Of a stretch of DNA of 64,000 nt, positions 1-12,000 are shown piece after piece. The DNA is from Sminthopsis crassicaudata (taxonomy: Eukaryota). Each line of letters opens with the position of its first letter. Positions within the stretch are counted from its first letter, which is position 1. Location: contig NC_133618.1 of the NCBI RefSeq assembly GCF_048593235.1, positions 200,126,221 to 200,190,220 on the forward strand, given 5' to 3'. The notes beneath the pieces were generated by a model that did not search any database, had not been told where the DNA came from, and worked only from the letters and a program-made list of their open reading frames with translations. The position numbers and the translations under genes were made by a program.

Positions 1-140
1 TAAAGAAGAATGAGACACTCGTTGCCCTCAAGGGGCTTGAAATCATGCCACATTAGGAGAAAGAATAAATATAATAATAAATTATAAAATAGTAAATTAA
101 TATAGAAGCAGCAATATAGTAAAAATACCACATTATTTGG

Positions 141-508
141 TGTAATGTGCTGTTGTCTCCAGAAGCTGCCAACTGTTCTCTAGGAGGAGATCTGCTGTGT
201 CAACTCAAATCTCTCGGACAGATTCTTCTTCCTGTAGAGAACCGTTGTCTCCAGACAGTTGCCATTAACTCTGGTCCAGAGTAGTGACTTTCCTCTTTTA
301 TCCTCTCAGAAAATGGGCATGGGATAGCGCAAGGGTTTCTAGGAAAAATTACTTCAACCAATGAACTTGCTCCTCCTAAGCATGCAAGATCTTCCCCAAG
401 TAAAACTCCCAGTCATGGCCAGAACTAGAGAATTGTCAAGTACAGACTTAGCACTTAGTAAGAACCTAATATCTCATTATCTCATTAGCACTTAGTAAGA
501 ACCTAACA
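141..508 (-). mobile_element. ERV solo LTR (368 bp) with perfect 6-bp TSD
   Basis: Starts TGTAATG (141), ends CCTAACA (508); flanked by ATTTGG at 135-140 and 509-514. Minus strand has ATTGG then GATAAAAG; 3 CpGs retained. 6-bp TSDs are typical of class II (beta-like) ERVs (established knowledge). Confidence 0.9.
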
Positions 509-619
509 ATTTGGAGACAAAAGATTTATTACCACCAAGCTTTAAAATTTACTAACTAGGTGACACTAATTATGAAGATCATAATAGTTCTGGGACTAAC
601 TCAAGGTTCTACCACCATT

Positions 620-720
620 GTAACTAATATATAGGTAAGCACTTTAAGATGTATAAAATCCTTTCCCTACAATAAACTTGTGAGGAAGTGTAAATATCTT
701 TAACCCCATTTTATAGATGG
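620..720 (-). mobile_element. MIR SINE fragment
   Basis: MIR core signature (cttgtgaggaag...ccccattttatagatgg); boundaries approximate. Confidence 0.6.
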
Positions 721-1536
721 ATACAATAGGAAGTTTTATTATCAAGGGGCAGAGAACCTAGAGAAAATAGGTCAAAAGATGGCACGACAACTATTGGGTG
801 GGAGGAATAAGAGGAAACATGAAAAAGTACAGAGTAATTTACCTGATTGACTAATTGATTTAAAAAATTAAGAGATCAAGGGGAAAAAATGTCACCAATC
901 CTATAAATGAAAAAAATGTAAAAAAAATGAAGGTGCATTCAACTTATCATATGCTACAGAAAAATTTAAAAAGATGAGGACTGAAAAAAGTAATTGCAAT
1001 CTCATCAGTCATTTTGTATTTCAACTTCAATAGACTAGCAATCAGGAGGTTGAAGAGGAAGTCTGAGAAAGTAAAAACAGTAAATTTAGATTAGTCTTTC
1101 TGGAATTTTAACAATCAGTCAATCAATTTGCAGAAGCACCTCTTATCTACCAGTACTAAGGCATACAGATAAAATGGAAGGAAATAACTTAGAGTATCAA
1201 GATTAAAAATCACAGGAACTATAACTACTAAAGAGATCTTAAAAGTCATCTAGTCTAAACTTTTTTTTTTAAAGAAAAAAAACTGAGGCCCACAGAGTCT
1301 TCAGTCCTAAAGAAAACTATTATTTAAATACAGGTTGTTTGGTTCCAAATTCACTCCCTTCTCTGTTGTACCATACTGCCTCTATGATTCTGAAGTTAAA
1401 GTCATTTTTCATAGTAAGAATTTTGATGCTACTTTAAGAATTAAAGAGAAAGGAAAGAGCATGCTTAAAAGCCATACATTTTCAACAATTCAAGAAGTAT
1501 TGTGGAGTGGTAAAGTGGTTTAAATAATAACAAATA

Positions 1537-1702
1537 TTTATGAGGTACATGTGGGCTTAGAAAACCATAAATTAACATTAACTATCTTGTACTGAATTTT
1601 TATTTACTTTGTTAAACATTTCCCTGTTACATTTTAATACTATTTGGGCTACACTTGGGGGAATTTTATAAACCTGTTTTGAAAGGGAGCTTGACACCTC
1701 TG
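1537..1702. mobile_element. Non-autonomous hAT-type MITE, family A
   Basis: Ends TTGACACCTCTG (reverse complement of CAGAGGTGTCAA terminus); body 'agaaaaccata..ttaacatt...ttttgttaaacatttccc..ttacattttaat' recurs at 28508-28635 and 42213-42400. Confidence 0.6.
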
Positions 1703-1704
1703 AT

Positions 1705-1875
1705 GTAGTTGTTAAGAACACTGATTTAAGAATAAGAAGATAATCTGAGTTTGAATCTTCATTCTAAGACTAGCTGTGTGACAATCTCTATGAGGTTTAG
1801 ATTCTTTATCTGTAAAAGTGGATAAGTAGCATTATTTATCTTATACCAGAAGACTTGTGAGAAGGTTGTATAAGA
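1705..1875 (+). mobile_element. MIR SINE
   Basis: tRNA-like head (gtagttgttaagaacactg...gagtttgaatc) followed by core (ctagctgtgtgac...tttatctgtaaaagtgg). Confidence 0.65.
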
Positions 1876-2084
1876 AATCTTTATGGTACACATATGTGAG
1901 TAGCACATACCCATTCTCTTTGAGATATAATTAAAAAGGGGGAAAGGGAGTTGGATATAGGATTGAGAGAGTGGATCAGTACAAAATCATCCTACTATAA
2001 AATGAACCAAAGCACATGTTTATTGATTTGAAAAGCATAATCTTCATAAATAAAGGTATATTACTACTGCTATTTCTTATAATA

Positions 2085-2795
2085 AGTTATCAGTTGATTT
2101 CAGTCACATTGTACTCTTTGTGATCCCATATGGGGTTTTCTTGGCAAAGATATTGAAGTTGTTTCAATTTCTTCAGTTCTTTTTACAGATTAAGAAACTG
2201 AGGCAAACAGTTAAGTGACTTGTCCAGGGTTACAAAGTTAGTGTCTGAGGCCAGATTTGAACTCAGGAAGATTGTAATGTTCTCTGGTTCGGTTTTCTTG
2301 GGGTCTCTGAAAGCAGCCTTCCTTTTAGTTCAGTAATCACCATAGGAACAGCCAGGTGTTAAAGTCCAAATCCTTTGTTATCTCCTTCCTGGGGTTGGGC
2401 AGCTTTCTGGAGAGCCTTTTAGACCAGCCTTGGTCTCAGTAGGGGAAGTGCAAGAGGCCAGCCCAGCCATTAGGAGCCTGACTGAGGTGAAATGAATTTT
2501 TGTCTCCTTGGCTCCGAGAGCTTCTTAGTACTCTTATCTTCTGTAGCTTTCAGTCCCTGCTTATATGCTCCACACTGAGTATAAACCAATCATTATATTT
2601 CTAGGAAACCATTATTTGTTGTAAGATTAAATCAATCATACTGAACCATGATAAACTAGATAACCATTGTCTCATCAATTCCACTTACTGCCTTATAAGC
2701 ATCCTTGTTTCAAGTCCAGAGTTCTGGCCCATAACAGAAGAGGAGTTCCTGATTCCAAGATCAATAGTCTATCCACTGTGTCACCTAGCTGATCA
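2085..2795 (-). mobile_element. Mar1 CORE-SINE interrupted by a solo LTR
   Basis: RTE/BovB-like tail (gtcacattgtactctttgtgatcccatatggggttttcttggcaaagat), core and head (tccactgtgtcacctagctg) are collinear on either side of the LTR at 2273-2736. Confidence 0.85.
2273..2736 (-). mobile_element. ERV solo LTR (464 bp) with 6-bp TSD (1 mismatch)
   Basis: TGTAATG start (2273), CATAACA end (2736); flanks GAAGAT (2267-2272) and GAAGAG (2737-2742). Minus strand shows ATTGG and CATATAAG boxes. Confidence 0.88.
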
Positions 2796-4177
2796 AATTA
2801 CTTAACCTCTGGCCTATTTGTAGTTGAAGGAAAATTCATTTTTTAGGAAAAGAATGGTTGTAAATTTGAAAATATTTTATAGTGTATACACATAAGCACT
2901 ATGAGGGATTACTAATGAAACAAGTAATGTTTTCTTAGGATTTCCTTCAGCCTAAGTCTTCCACTCCAAGATGTCTGTAGAGATGATGATACTCCTTGGT
3001 ATCTCTTATATATAAAGAAAGAGAATATATATTCATATCCTGGTTCTGCTTCTCACTACATGTTCAGGCTTGGTCAAATCAGTTTCTATCTCTGAGACTC
3101 AGTCTTTTTTTTTTTAATCTATAAAATTAAAGACTGATTTAGATGATCACTAAGTTTCCTTCCAGCTTTAATTCTGATGGTCTTCCATAAAGTTTTATTG
3201 TTCTCAATACTTGGAAATGGTCTCTCTATCCTATAAACTACCATCATCTTGTCCATGCCTCTTATATGAACTCATGTTCAATTTTGTATTTATTTGGGTT
3301 TTTTGGACATGATAGTTTAAGCTCCCTGAAAGTAACATATATATCAAAGATCTGTACATAGTAGGCCTATACTAAATGTTTGTTGAATAAATGAATACAT
3401 AAATGAAAGAAAAACTTTAGATCTTCAAGGCCATTCTACACATTATGGACACTATTATTTGTGTTTTTATATAGCTGTTTAATGTATTTTTAATAACTTA
3501 CAACTATGTGCCATCCTTGATCCCCATGAGAAATTCCCCCAAAGAGATTCACACAAATCTGTGGCAGTAATCAACATTCATTCAATAATCAAGGGGCACC
3601 AGACACAGCATTTGCCCAAATAAATAATATAAGCTTCTGACTACTCCCATCATCTTTCCTACTACTGTTAGCATCTTCAACAATTGAAGCAGGCTCTGGA
3701 ACAGGATGGATTGTCTACAAATAAAAATAAAAAGCAGGCAATATTGATTTTAGTATTAGAATAAGTTGGTATCTCAAATCCCTTCTCTTCTGACTAGTTC
3801 AGTAGAAATATATAACTAATATTTTGAAACATCCTCAACTGCTTGGGAGAAAATGGAAAGGAGGGTAGGGGTGTCTGATTCTATTATTCCATTGGTACAG
3901 AGAAGTCCCAATGGAGAAATTCCCTAATGGAAGGTTATAAATTTAGAAGATTGCCTGGAACACTGATATGACCTACCCAGGGTGCTACAGCCAGGATATT
4001 TCAAAGGAAGGATTTGAATCCAAGTCTTCCTAATTCCAAGCCCAACTTTTTCTCAACCTCACCAAACCAACTCTCAGTCAATAACTTTTTTTTCCCCACG
4101 ATGTCCCTCTTCACACACATACATCATGCATCTTTTCAATTAAACTGACTCTAAGTGACTTAAAAAATCATCTAGTC

Positions 4178-4356
4178 CAGGACATCTTAACCTGGAATCC
4201 ATGAAATTTGTGTTTTATAACTATTTCAATATAAATGATTGTCTTTATAATTCTCTTATTTTATTTTATGCATGTAAAAATGTAAAGTGATCTGTCTATA
4301 TGCTTCACCAGATTACCAAAGGGGTTCCCTGACACATACACAAAAAGACACCCCAT
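4178..4356. mobile_element. Non-autonomous hAT-type MITE, family B
   Basis: Begins caggacatcttaacctgg, ends near caaaaagacacccc; similar diverged copy at 20949-21076. Confidence 0.55.
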
Positions 4357-4734
4357 GTGGTCAGACCTCTTCATTTCCCACCCTAGGAATCTGAGACCCA
4401 GAGAAGTTGATCATTTGCCCAAAGTCATAAAAGTAATAAATAAGCAGAAGAGGTGATGTTCCCATTCAGACTCCTCAGCCCAGATCCTTTCCATGCTTCC
4501 TCTCTTAGAGAAGTCTCAGTATTCCCAAGGCTGGAGCACTGAGTGAGAAATCTAAGGTTTATCCCTTCACTTACCCTGTATACTTCTGTGCATGGCAAAT
4601 ATGCCCATCAGTTGCTTGTTTATCTGATGATCTTAGGTCATCCATGAGGTGCTTACCAAAAGATTTGTAAAGAACAGCTTGACTAACAGTTACCTCTTCT
4701 GTAGCTTTACATAGTTTTAAAAAAAAAAAAAAAG

Positions 4735-5400
4735 AGGCGTGTTCTTGCTAGTGTTCCTGATAATGTAGACAAAGTGACCTCCTATGAATCAGACCAGCAT
4801 TGCCTACAACAGCCCTTGTCTTTTGCTCTTAGTTGGGTATAACCAGTCAAAGACATACTGTTCTGTTTGGTTAAGAGTTACATTTGAGGGGCTTTTTCAC
4901 CTCTAGCAAAGAGAAAATGAAAAGCCTTTGTCTGGATCTGTTGCCTGTGAGCACCACCCCTGAAATTATGCCGACAAGGGCGACGTATTCCATCAGCCAA
5001 GGTGCAGAAAGAAGAAATCTAACTAAGTACAGTTATTAGGAGAGCAAATAGACAACTGCCCATTTAAAAGGCATGTGGGGCATGTTTCTCTTTAAGGGTG
5101 ACGAGTTGTGGGACTGCTGTTGACTGTGATTTGAAGCTCCCTCCCCTGTGTGCTGGATGTCGACATCATTGTTCTCTCAACACATGCCCGCTCTGCTTAA
5201 TTAGTGGTGTGTCATTGGGGTGGGCCAAATTTTCTATCCTGGCATTGGGGGAGGTGTAATGTTGCACGCCACAATTGTCTGGAGATGCTGATCAGACCCA
5301 GATTACGTGAGGGTTAGGCTTAGTGGGAGGCACTTTTTAGTTACTGAATCAGGTTAAAAAACAACAAGGGAAAAAAGCTTTCATAAGGATTAGTAAATAG
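4735..5400. promoter_or_regulatory. Putative conserved non-coding element / enhancer
   Basis: Unique sequence, raised GC, 9 CpGs (8 in 4972-5307) in a CpG-poor background; SOX-like CATTGT and ACAATTGT, homeodomain TAATTAG, bZIP-like TTACGTGA. Function inferred only. Confidence 0.5.
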
Positions 5401-5584
5401 GATGCCCCTCCCCCTGCCCCATCTACTGTCCAGGTGCTAATATGTATGATTTCTTTGACTCAATTCTGTTTTTGTTGTCATCATTGTTGTTCTGATTGTG
5501 CTTATATATTTTCTAGGAGTTAGATTTCATGCCTAATCACAAACAAGAGTTTGGGTGGGGAAAAGAAAAAAAAAATGAAAAGAC

Positions 5585-5770
5585 AGTGTGATGTAATGTT
5601 AACTCTTGGGATTGGAGTCAGGAATATTACATTCAAGTCCCAACTCTACCACTTACTAGCTGTGTGACCCTAGATGAGTTATTTTATTTCTCTGATCCTT
5701 AGTTTCTTTTTGTATAAAATAGGAATGACAATATCCAAGGCCTACCTTACTGGGAGATTGTGAAGAAAGT
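5585..5770 (+). mobile_element. MIR SINE
   Basis: ggagtcagga...caagtcccaactctaccacttactagctgtgtgacc...cttagtttc...tataaaatagg. Confidence 0.75.
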
Positions 5771-7179
5771 CTCAATTTAACAATTGAGAAAATGTTTTCA
5801 AAATGGGAAAATATTTTTGAGTGAAATTGCTCTGGGTGAACACCTATGTAGCAACAGATACTTCGATTGAAAATCTATTAGTGTTATTTACTGGCAAGAT
5901 CTGTGTATGTATGTATGAAGATACATATATGTTAATGTATCTGTGTATATATAAGCATGTATGTATGTGTATATGCACATAGAAATGATTAAAACTTTGA
6001 AACTATAAGCTTTCACATTATATGTTAATCATGATTAACATCATTTAATATGTGTTAAATTATTAAAGCTTAAAACTGCACTAACTTTTGTTACACAAAG
6101 GTATGTATATATGTGTATGAATGTGTATGTGTGTAAGTATATATGCATATGTATATACATACTATGTATGCATATGTACACATATATGTGTTTGTTTAAA
6201 TGCCTAATAATTTTTAATGACTTTGGTTTTGTTCAAATTTAATTTAATTCTAAAAGACATTCTAGTTTCTAGCATAAGATTAAGAAGCTTATGCCACTTC
6301 TACATCATTCTTTCTTACTCCACACAGATTAAAGTAGGTCAGGAAAGAATTTAGGACTTTTGATAGGAACAATGGGGAAATAAATCTCAAATAGTGATCT
6401 CAGACACTATTTAATATAATCCCCTTATTGTATGGATAAGGAAAATCAGAGCTGTGAAGGTTAAGTGACAAAGTTCAACTTCAGACATGTGATAAATCAT
6501 CCAAAGCAAGACTTGAGTGCAGTTCTTCAGATTGCAAAGTGAGTGCTGATTTCAATGCATTCTATGATGTAAGAAAAACAAGGAGTGCAGATTTGGCCTA
6601 CTAGTGGTCAGAGCAATAAGGAGAAATTCTAGCATCTGAGACAAGTAAAGAAAAAAGCATCCTTGGGAAGAAACTTCAGATCACAGGTGCTAGAAACATT
6701 GCTACAGAGAGAAGAGAATGGGCACATCTAGATAGAGGAAAGGAAGAATAGGAGATAAGAGTAACCAAGTGAAAGGGAAGGATATGATTTAATCACTTCT
6801 TATTTTAAGTAACTATTCTTTTAAATTGATACAAAATTCAATTCATGAACAAGGAGCATTGTGGTATCACTGGTCCTCTTCAAAAACAAAGGACAAACAA
6901 TAGCAATAAGTAAACTCAAATGATTCTGTCTCCTAAGGAAGTACAAGTATTATTAGTTTTTTTTAGGTTTGGGCATCCTGGAAAAAGCATGATCATCCTG
7001 AGCAATCTAGCTATAATTCCGGTACAGATTATCCAAAAAAATGCACTTGGGGTTATAAATGTATAGAAATTAATGAGACAAAGGAAACGTTCCAGCCTTT
7101 GTTTTGTTGTTGTTGTCATGCTCATCATCTTAGTCATCGTTGTTGTTAGGTATGGTTTTTTGGGTTTTGTTTGGAAGCA

Positions 7180-7298
7180 AAAGAGATTAAGTTATTTGCC
7201 CAATGTCACAGAGCTAGTAAGTGTCTGAGTCACATTTGAACTGAGGTCCTCCTGACTTCAGGATTGGGGCTCTATCCATTGCACTACCCCACTGCCTT
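7180..7298 (-). mobile_element. Older WSINE1/Mar-type SINE
   Basis: gtcacagagctagtaagtgtctgag...tttgaactgaggtcctcctgacttcagg...ctctatccattgcac...ctgcc. Confidence 0.7.
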
Positions 7299-7712
7299 GG
7301 ATTCTTGACTGATATTTTTCAGACACTATGATCTTATTCATTTTATCTCTCTGGCTCTTAATTTCCACCTCTAAAGAAGGTAGAATTAAATGATCTCAAA
7401 GGTCCTTTCCATTTCTGATATGCTAATATGGTTCAGTGACTCTAGGCCTTTTAAGTTCATTAGACTAGTAAAATTGACTAACTAGGTGAAGATTACAGAC
7501 TTGCAGCTATGTTCTGCAAGGACATTAATTTCAACATCATCATTTCAGAGATAAGGAAACTGAAGATAAATTATTTGCAGAAGACTATCAGAGCATATAG
7601 AGTTCCAGAAACAGAATTTGAAACCAAAGTCTCTCACTCAAAAGCCATTGTTCTTTCCACCACAGAAATGAAGTTGTTTCACTATTTCAATAAATCCTTA
7701 ATCTCAAAATCT

Positions 7713-9046
7713 TAACCCAAAGATCCCAAATTTTGGGATAAGAATTCATTATTTGGCAAGATTTAGGCATAAAGAACGAAATCATAAATAAATTGGAGAA
7801 ACATGGGATGGTTTACCTCTCAGACTTGTGGAGGCGGAAGGAGTTTGTGTCCAAGGGAGAACTAGAGACCATTATTGATCACAAAATAGAACATTTTGAT
7901 TACACCAAATTAAAAAGTTTCTGCACAAACAAAACTAATGCAAACAAGATTAGAAGGGAAGTAACAAATTGGGAAAACATTTTTACAGTTAAAGGTTCTG
8001 ATAAAGGTCTCATCTCCAAAATATATAGAGAATTGAGTTAAATTTATAAGAAATCAAGCCATTCTCCAATTGATAAATGGTCAAAGGATATGAAAAGACA
8101 AATTTCAGATAATGAAATTAAAACTATTTCCACTCATATGAAAGTGTTTCAAATCACTATTGATCAGAGAAATGCAAATTAAGACAACTCTGAGATATTA
8201 TTACACACCTGTCAGATTGGCTAAGATGACAGGAACAAATAACGATGAATGTTGGAGGGGTTGTGGGAAAACTGGGACACTGATGCATTGTTGGTGGAGT
8301 TGTGAAAGAATCCAACCATTCTGGAGAGCAATCTGGAATTATGCCCCAAAAGTTATGAAAATGTGCATACCCTTTGACCCAGCCGTACTACTACTGGGCT
8401 TATATCCCAAGAAAATACTAAAGAAGGGAAAGGGACCTGTATGTGCCAAAATGTATGTGGCAGCCCTTTTCATAGAGGCTAGAAGCTGGAAGATGAATGG
8501 ATGTCCATCAATTGGAGAATGGTTGGGTAAATTATGGTATGTGAATGTTATGGAATATTATTGTTCTGTAAGAAATGACCAACAGGAAGAATAAAGAGAG
8601 TCTTGGAGAGACTTACATCAACTGATGCTAAGTGAAACGAGCAGAACCAGAAGATCATTATACACTTCAACAATGATACTGTATTAGGATTCTGATGGAA
8701 GTGGATATCTTCAACATAGAGAAGAGCTAATCCAATTCCAATTGATCAATGATGGACAGAATCAGCTACATCCAGAAAAGGAACACTGGGAAATGAGTGT
8801 AAACTGTTAATTTTACCTTCTGAATCCAATTTTTCTTGTGCAACAAGAGAACTGTATGGATCTGCACACATATATTGTATCTAGGAAATACTTTAACATG
8901 TTTAACATGTATATGATTACCTGCCATCTAGGGGAGGGGGTGGAGGGAGGGATGGGAAAAGTTGTAATAGAAGTGAGTGCAAGGAACAATGGTGTAAAAA
9001 TTACCCATGATTTTGTTCTGTCAATAAAAAGCTATAATTAAAAAAA
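7713..9046 (+). mobile_element. 5'-truncated L1 (ORF2 C-terminus + 3'UTR)
   Basis: ORF 7793-8041 (KLKSFCTNK...) and ORF 8160-8594 with the ORF2p cysteine-rich motif [18 protein letters not shown]; G-rich 3'UTR, AATAAA, A-rich tail; short internal deletion near 7760. Confidence 0.97.
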
Positions 9047-12000
9047 TATATATCATGAGTAAAGATATTACTCTTACCTGTCCTTAGCCTATTGCCCATG
9101 GAGTTCTATTTTGTGTGATTCCTATATTTCCATATATCCTTAACTGGGGATATCTGCAATGGGTTAGAGGAGGTTAGAGGATTTTTTAATTCTTTAAATA
9201 TTCCATGAATATCATCAGTATAACATTCTTTAGTTCTGCTTGCAAGTGTAAATTTGCAGAGGTATAAATTTGCAGGAGTATTCTCATCAATATTTAACCA
9301 CTGGCTTTCTAGAAAAAAATTTGGAGACATACATTTAAGTTTTACCTGTATTATTAATATTATCTTCATTGCTTTCTTAATTCTAGATACAATCATCAAC
9401 CAAACAATAAATTTTAACAATCAGCTCTTGTGAACCAAGCACCATGGGTTAGCTTTGGGATATATCTATCATCCTGCTACATTGCTAAGACTGTTTTCTT
9501 CCTGATCATCCACAGTGGTAAGATTAATCATTTGAAAATATTTGATAAACTTAAAATAGATATACATTGAGAAAAATATTAACATAGCCATAATTAAGCC
9601 AAATCAAATGTTTATAAAGTACTAATATGTTTTTAGTTTGTCGTGTTAAACGACATGTAAACTGCTCTTCTACTTTCTGCAATTTGAGATCAGAAACAAC
9701 CACAAGTTAATTTGTTCATGAATCAGGAAGGAACAAGATTTAGATCTTCATTGTGGCTTAATTGAGGTTTAATTAACTTGGGTGCTCTTCAGTGAAAAGA
9801 AAAACAAATAGATGGCAGAAAAAAAAACCCTCTACTTTCCAAAAAGCTTTGAGGATTTTTGCTGATTTCTGAAGCGAGGCTATTGCTTCCCTTCTATTAC
9901 CCAACATCTTGAATATTTCAAGCAAACACTCCAGGAAGGGGCAAGATATCTTCCTGATATTGAAAAGTGCTTGTTTGGCCCTGCATTTCAGTATAGAAAA
10001 AGCCAGTGAAATAAGTACAGGGCCATTTTTCCTTTAAGTCTGTGGAAATTGTGAATGGGGACAAATCTTCACTTTTAATAGCCACAAGGAGAGGCATGAT
10101 TTGGGAGCCAATTTCTTTAGGCAAGAAGTCCACCACCTCTTGGCTTTGAGAAAACCCCATTTCTATGTGCTGTCCATCTTTGTTTACAAATTTGGTGGCT
10201 ATCATTCTCTGACTTAACAGTGTCATTTTGTCAAAATGACAAGCTTATCAGAGTCATAATTGAAAGGAGAACAACAAGTTCCTATTTTTTAATGTGTCAT
10301 ATGCTTTGTCTCTAGGAAATTAATTAATCTAAGGGGGGGAGAAAAACAACCAAAGAATATCACAAAAGAAATGGAACTCACTTTTCAAGTATGATGTAAT
10401 CCTTGCAGTATTCCAGAGCTTAAGGGCAAGGTTAAAATTACATTTGGGAGACAGAAAGGGAATGGAAAGCACAATGCAAATTTAAAACAATATTCTGGCA
10501 TGTTTATTTGAAGCTTTCCACAACAGGCAGGGGGTGAGTGTGGGGGACATTAAAGAACCAGGCTAACAGTTTAAGATTATGTAGTCCTGAAATAAAATGC
10601 TAAGCCACTGGCAAAGAAAGGAATTCTCATTTTCTAAGAGTGTTGGCTCTACCCATTTGAACCATGGGCTTTAAGATTTAGAAATTATAATGTGATCTGA
10701 TTAAGCATGCAGAACATTAGGAAAAGGGCTTTTACAATAAACCAAACCAGCCATCTACTTTGTGGGCAGTGAAGTCAATTGTTTTCCTTTTCTTTCTGTT
10801 TTTCTTTTTCTTTCCCCCCAGAGAACCTGAAATTAAAGAAGAGGTGTAAATTTGCAATGACCATTGTAAAATTAGGTTCTCTTCTCTGTTGCCCTCCAGA
10901 CAGACAATGAATATCTGAGACTCACCGATTTCACCAACACACTACCATCTGTTCCTTCCACTTCTGACACTCTATAAGATATTATAAAATCACAGTAGGT
11001 CAAAGAAGGAAGGAACCTTTTGGGAGATTAGCTATTAGAGCCTTTTAATTTACTGAGCAGCAAACTGAGGATGGTGAGGAAAGATATGTGTAAGTCATTC
11101 TATTACCATATGTCAGAGCCAAAAATCAAGCCCAGAACTCCTGGTTACAAGTTCAATGTTCTATTTACCATATTAGGTGCTCACTATGTTTGGAATTGTG
11201 TTCAGAAAACTATTTTATTTATAGTCTTTATTTTTATATTACCTTTACCCAGAGAGACATCACATATAAAGAAGTATGCAAAAGAAAAAAATAGAAATGC
11301 AATTCACCAAATGCAAATAATACATTGACCACATCTGTGTGTTCAATATTCCACATCTCTGCAAATGAGGGCAAGAACGAATCATTATGGTTGTCTATCT
11401 GATGGGTTGACAAGTTCATTTAGAAATTCCAGTTTTGATATAAAGTTTGTCTATTTTAGTTCAAACAGATAAGTAAATCTGCAACAGTTTCAGGAAATGA
11501 AGAATTAAAACTTGCCTACAACTGTCCCCTGAGACTATGAAGCCACTTCTTAGATAAGAAAGAATTATAATCAATCAGCAAACATTTGTTAAATGTTTAT
11601 ATCAGGCCTAGGGAATACAAAGAGAAAGAAAATAAATGCCCTTGCCCTAAGAAAGCTCACATTCTAATGGTGGAGAATGAGGTCCTTCAAATATGTTATT
11701 ACCAAACTTTTTTAGGTGAATCCTAAGATATAATCCTCTCTAAGACCCTCAAAATATTTTTAATGAATAATGAAAATATTTCAGCAGTTATAAAGCACTA
11801 TATAAGTGCTGGTAATACAAATACAACAGAGACAGTCTCTATCCATCTGGAGTTAATGTTCTAATTGGGGAGATGACATAGTTTTCCAAAGGCTGTGTGG
11901 GCTCTTACCAAAAGGAATGAATCACCCAGCTCCAAGGTGGGAGCTTGAAAGCTGAGGGACCACTAACTTGGACTTTGGAGATTTACTTTATTGACAAGGT

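Noticed and set aside
5069-5087. Two GGCATGT half-sites resembling a p53/p63 element
   Set aside because: CATG cores are 9 nt apart rather than the canonical 10, and the first half-site has mismatches.
8160-8594. 144-aa ORF with a cysteine-rich motif as a cellular gene
   Set aside because: It is the L1 ORF2p C-terminus, repeated at 28.9 and 47.7 kb.
9078-9153. Minus-strand 76-nt segment with good acceptor and GTAAGA donor
   Set aside because: Stops in all three frames and abuts an L1 tail; at most a non-coding or cryptic exon, with no other support.
10242-10252. AGCTTATCAGA matches part of miR-21-5p
   Set aside because: Match stops at 11 nt and there is no pre-miR-21 hairpin context.
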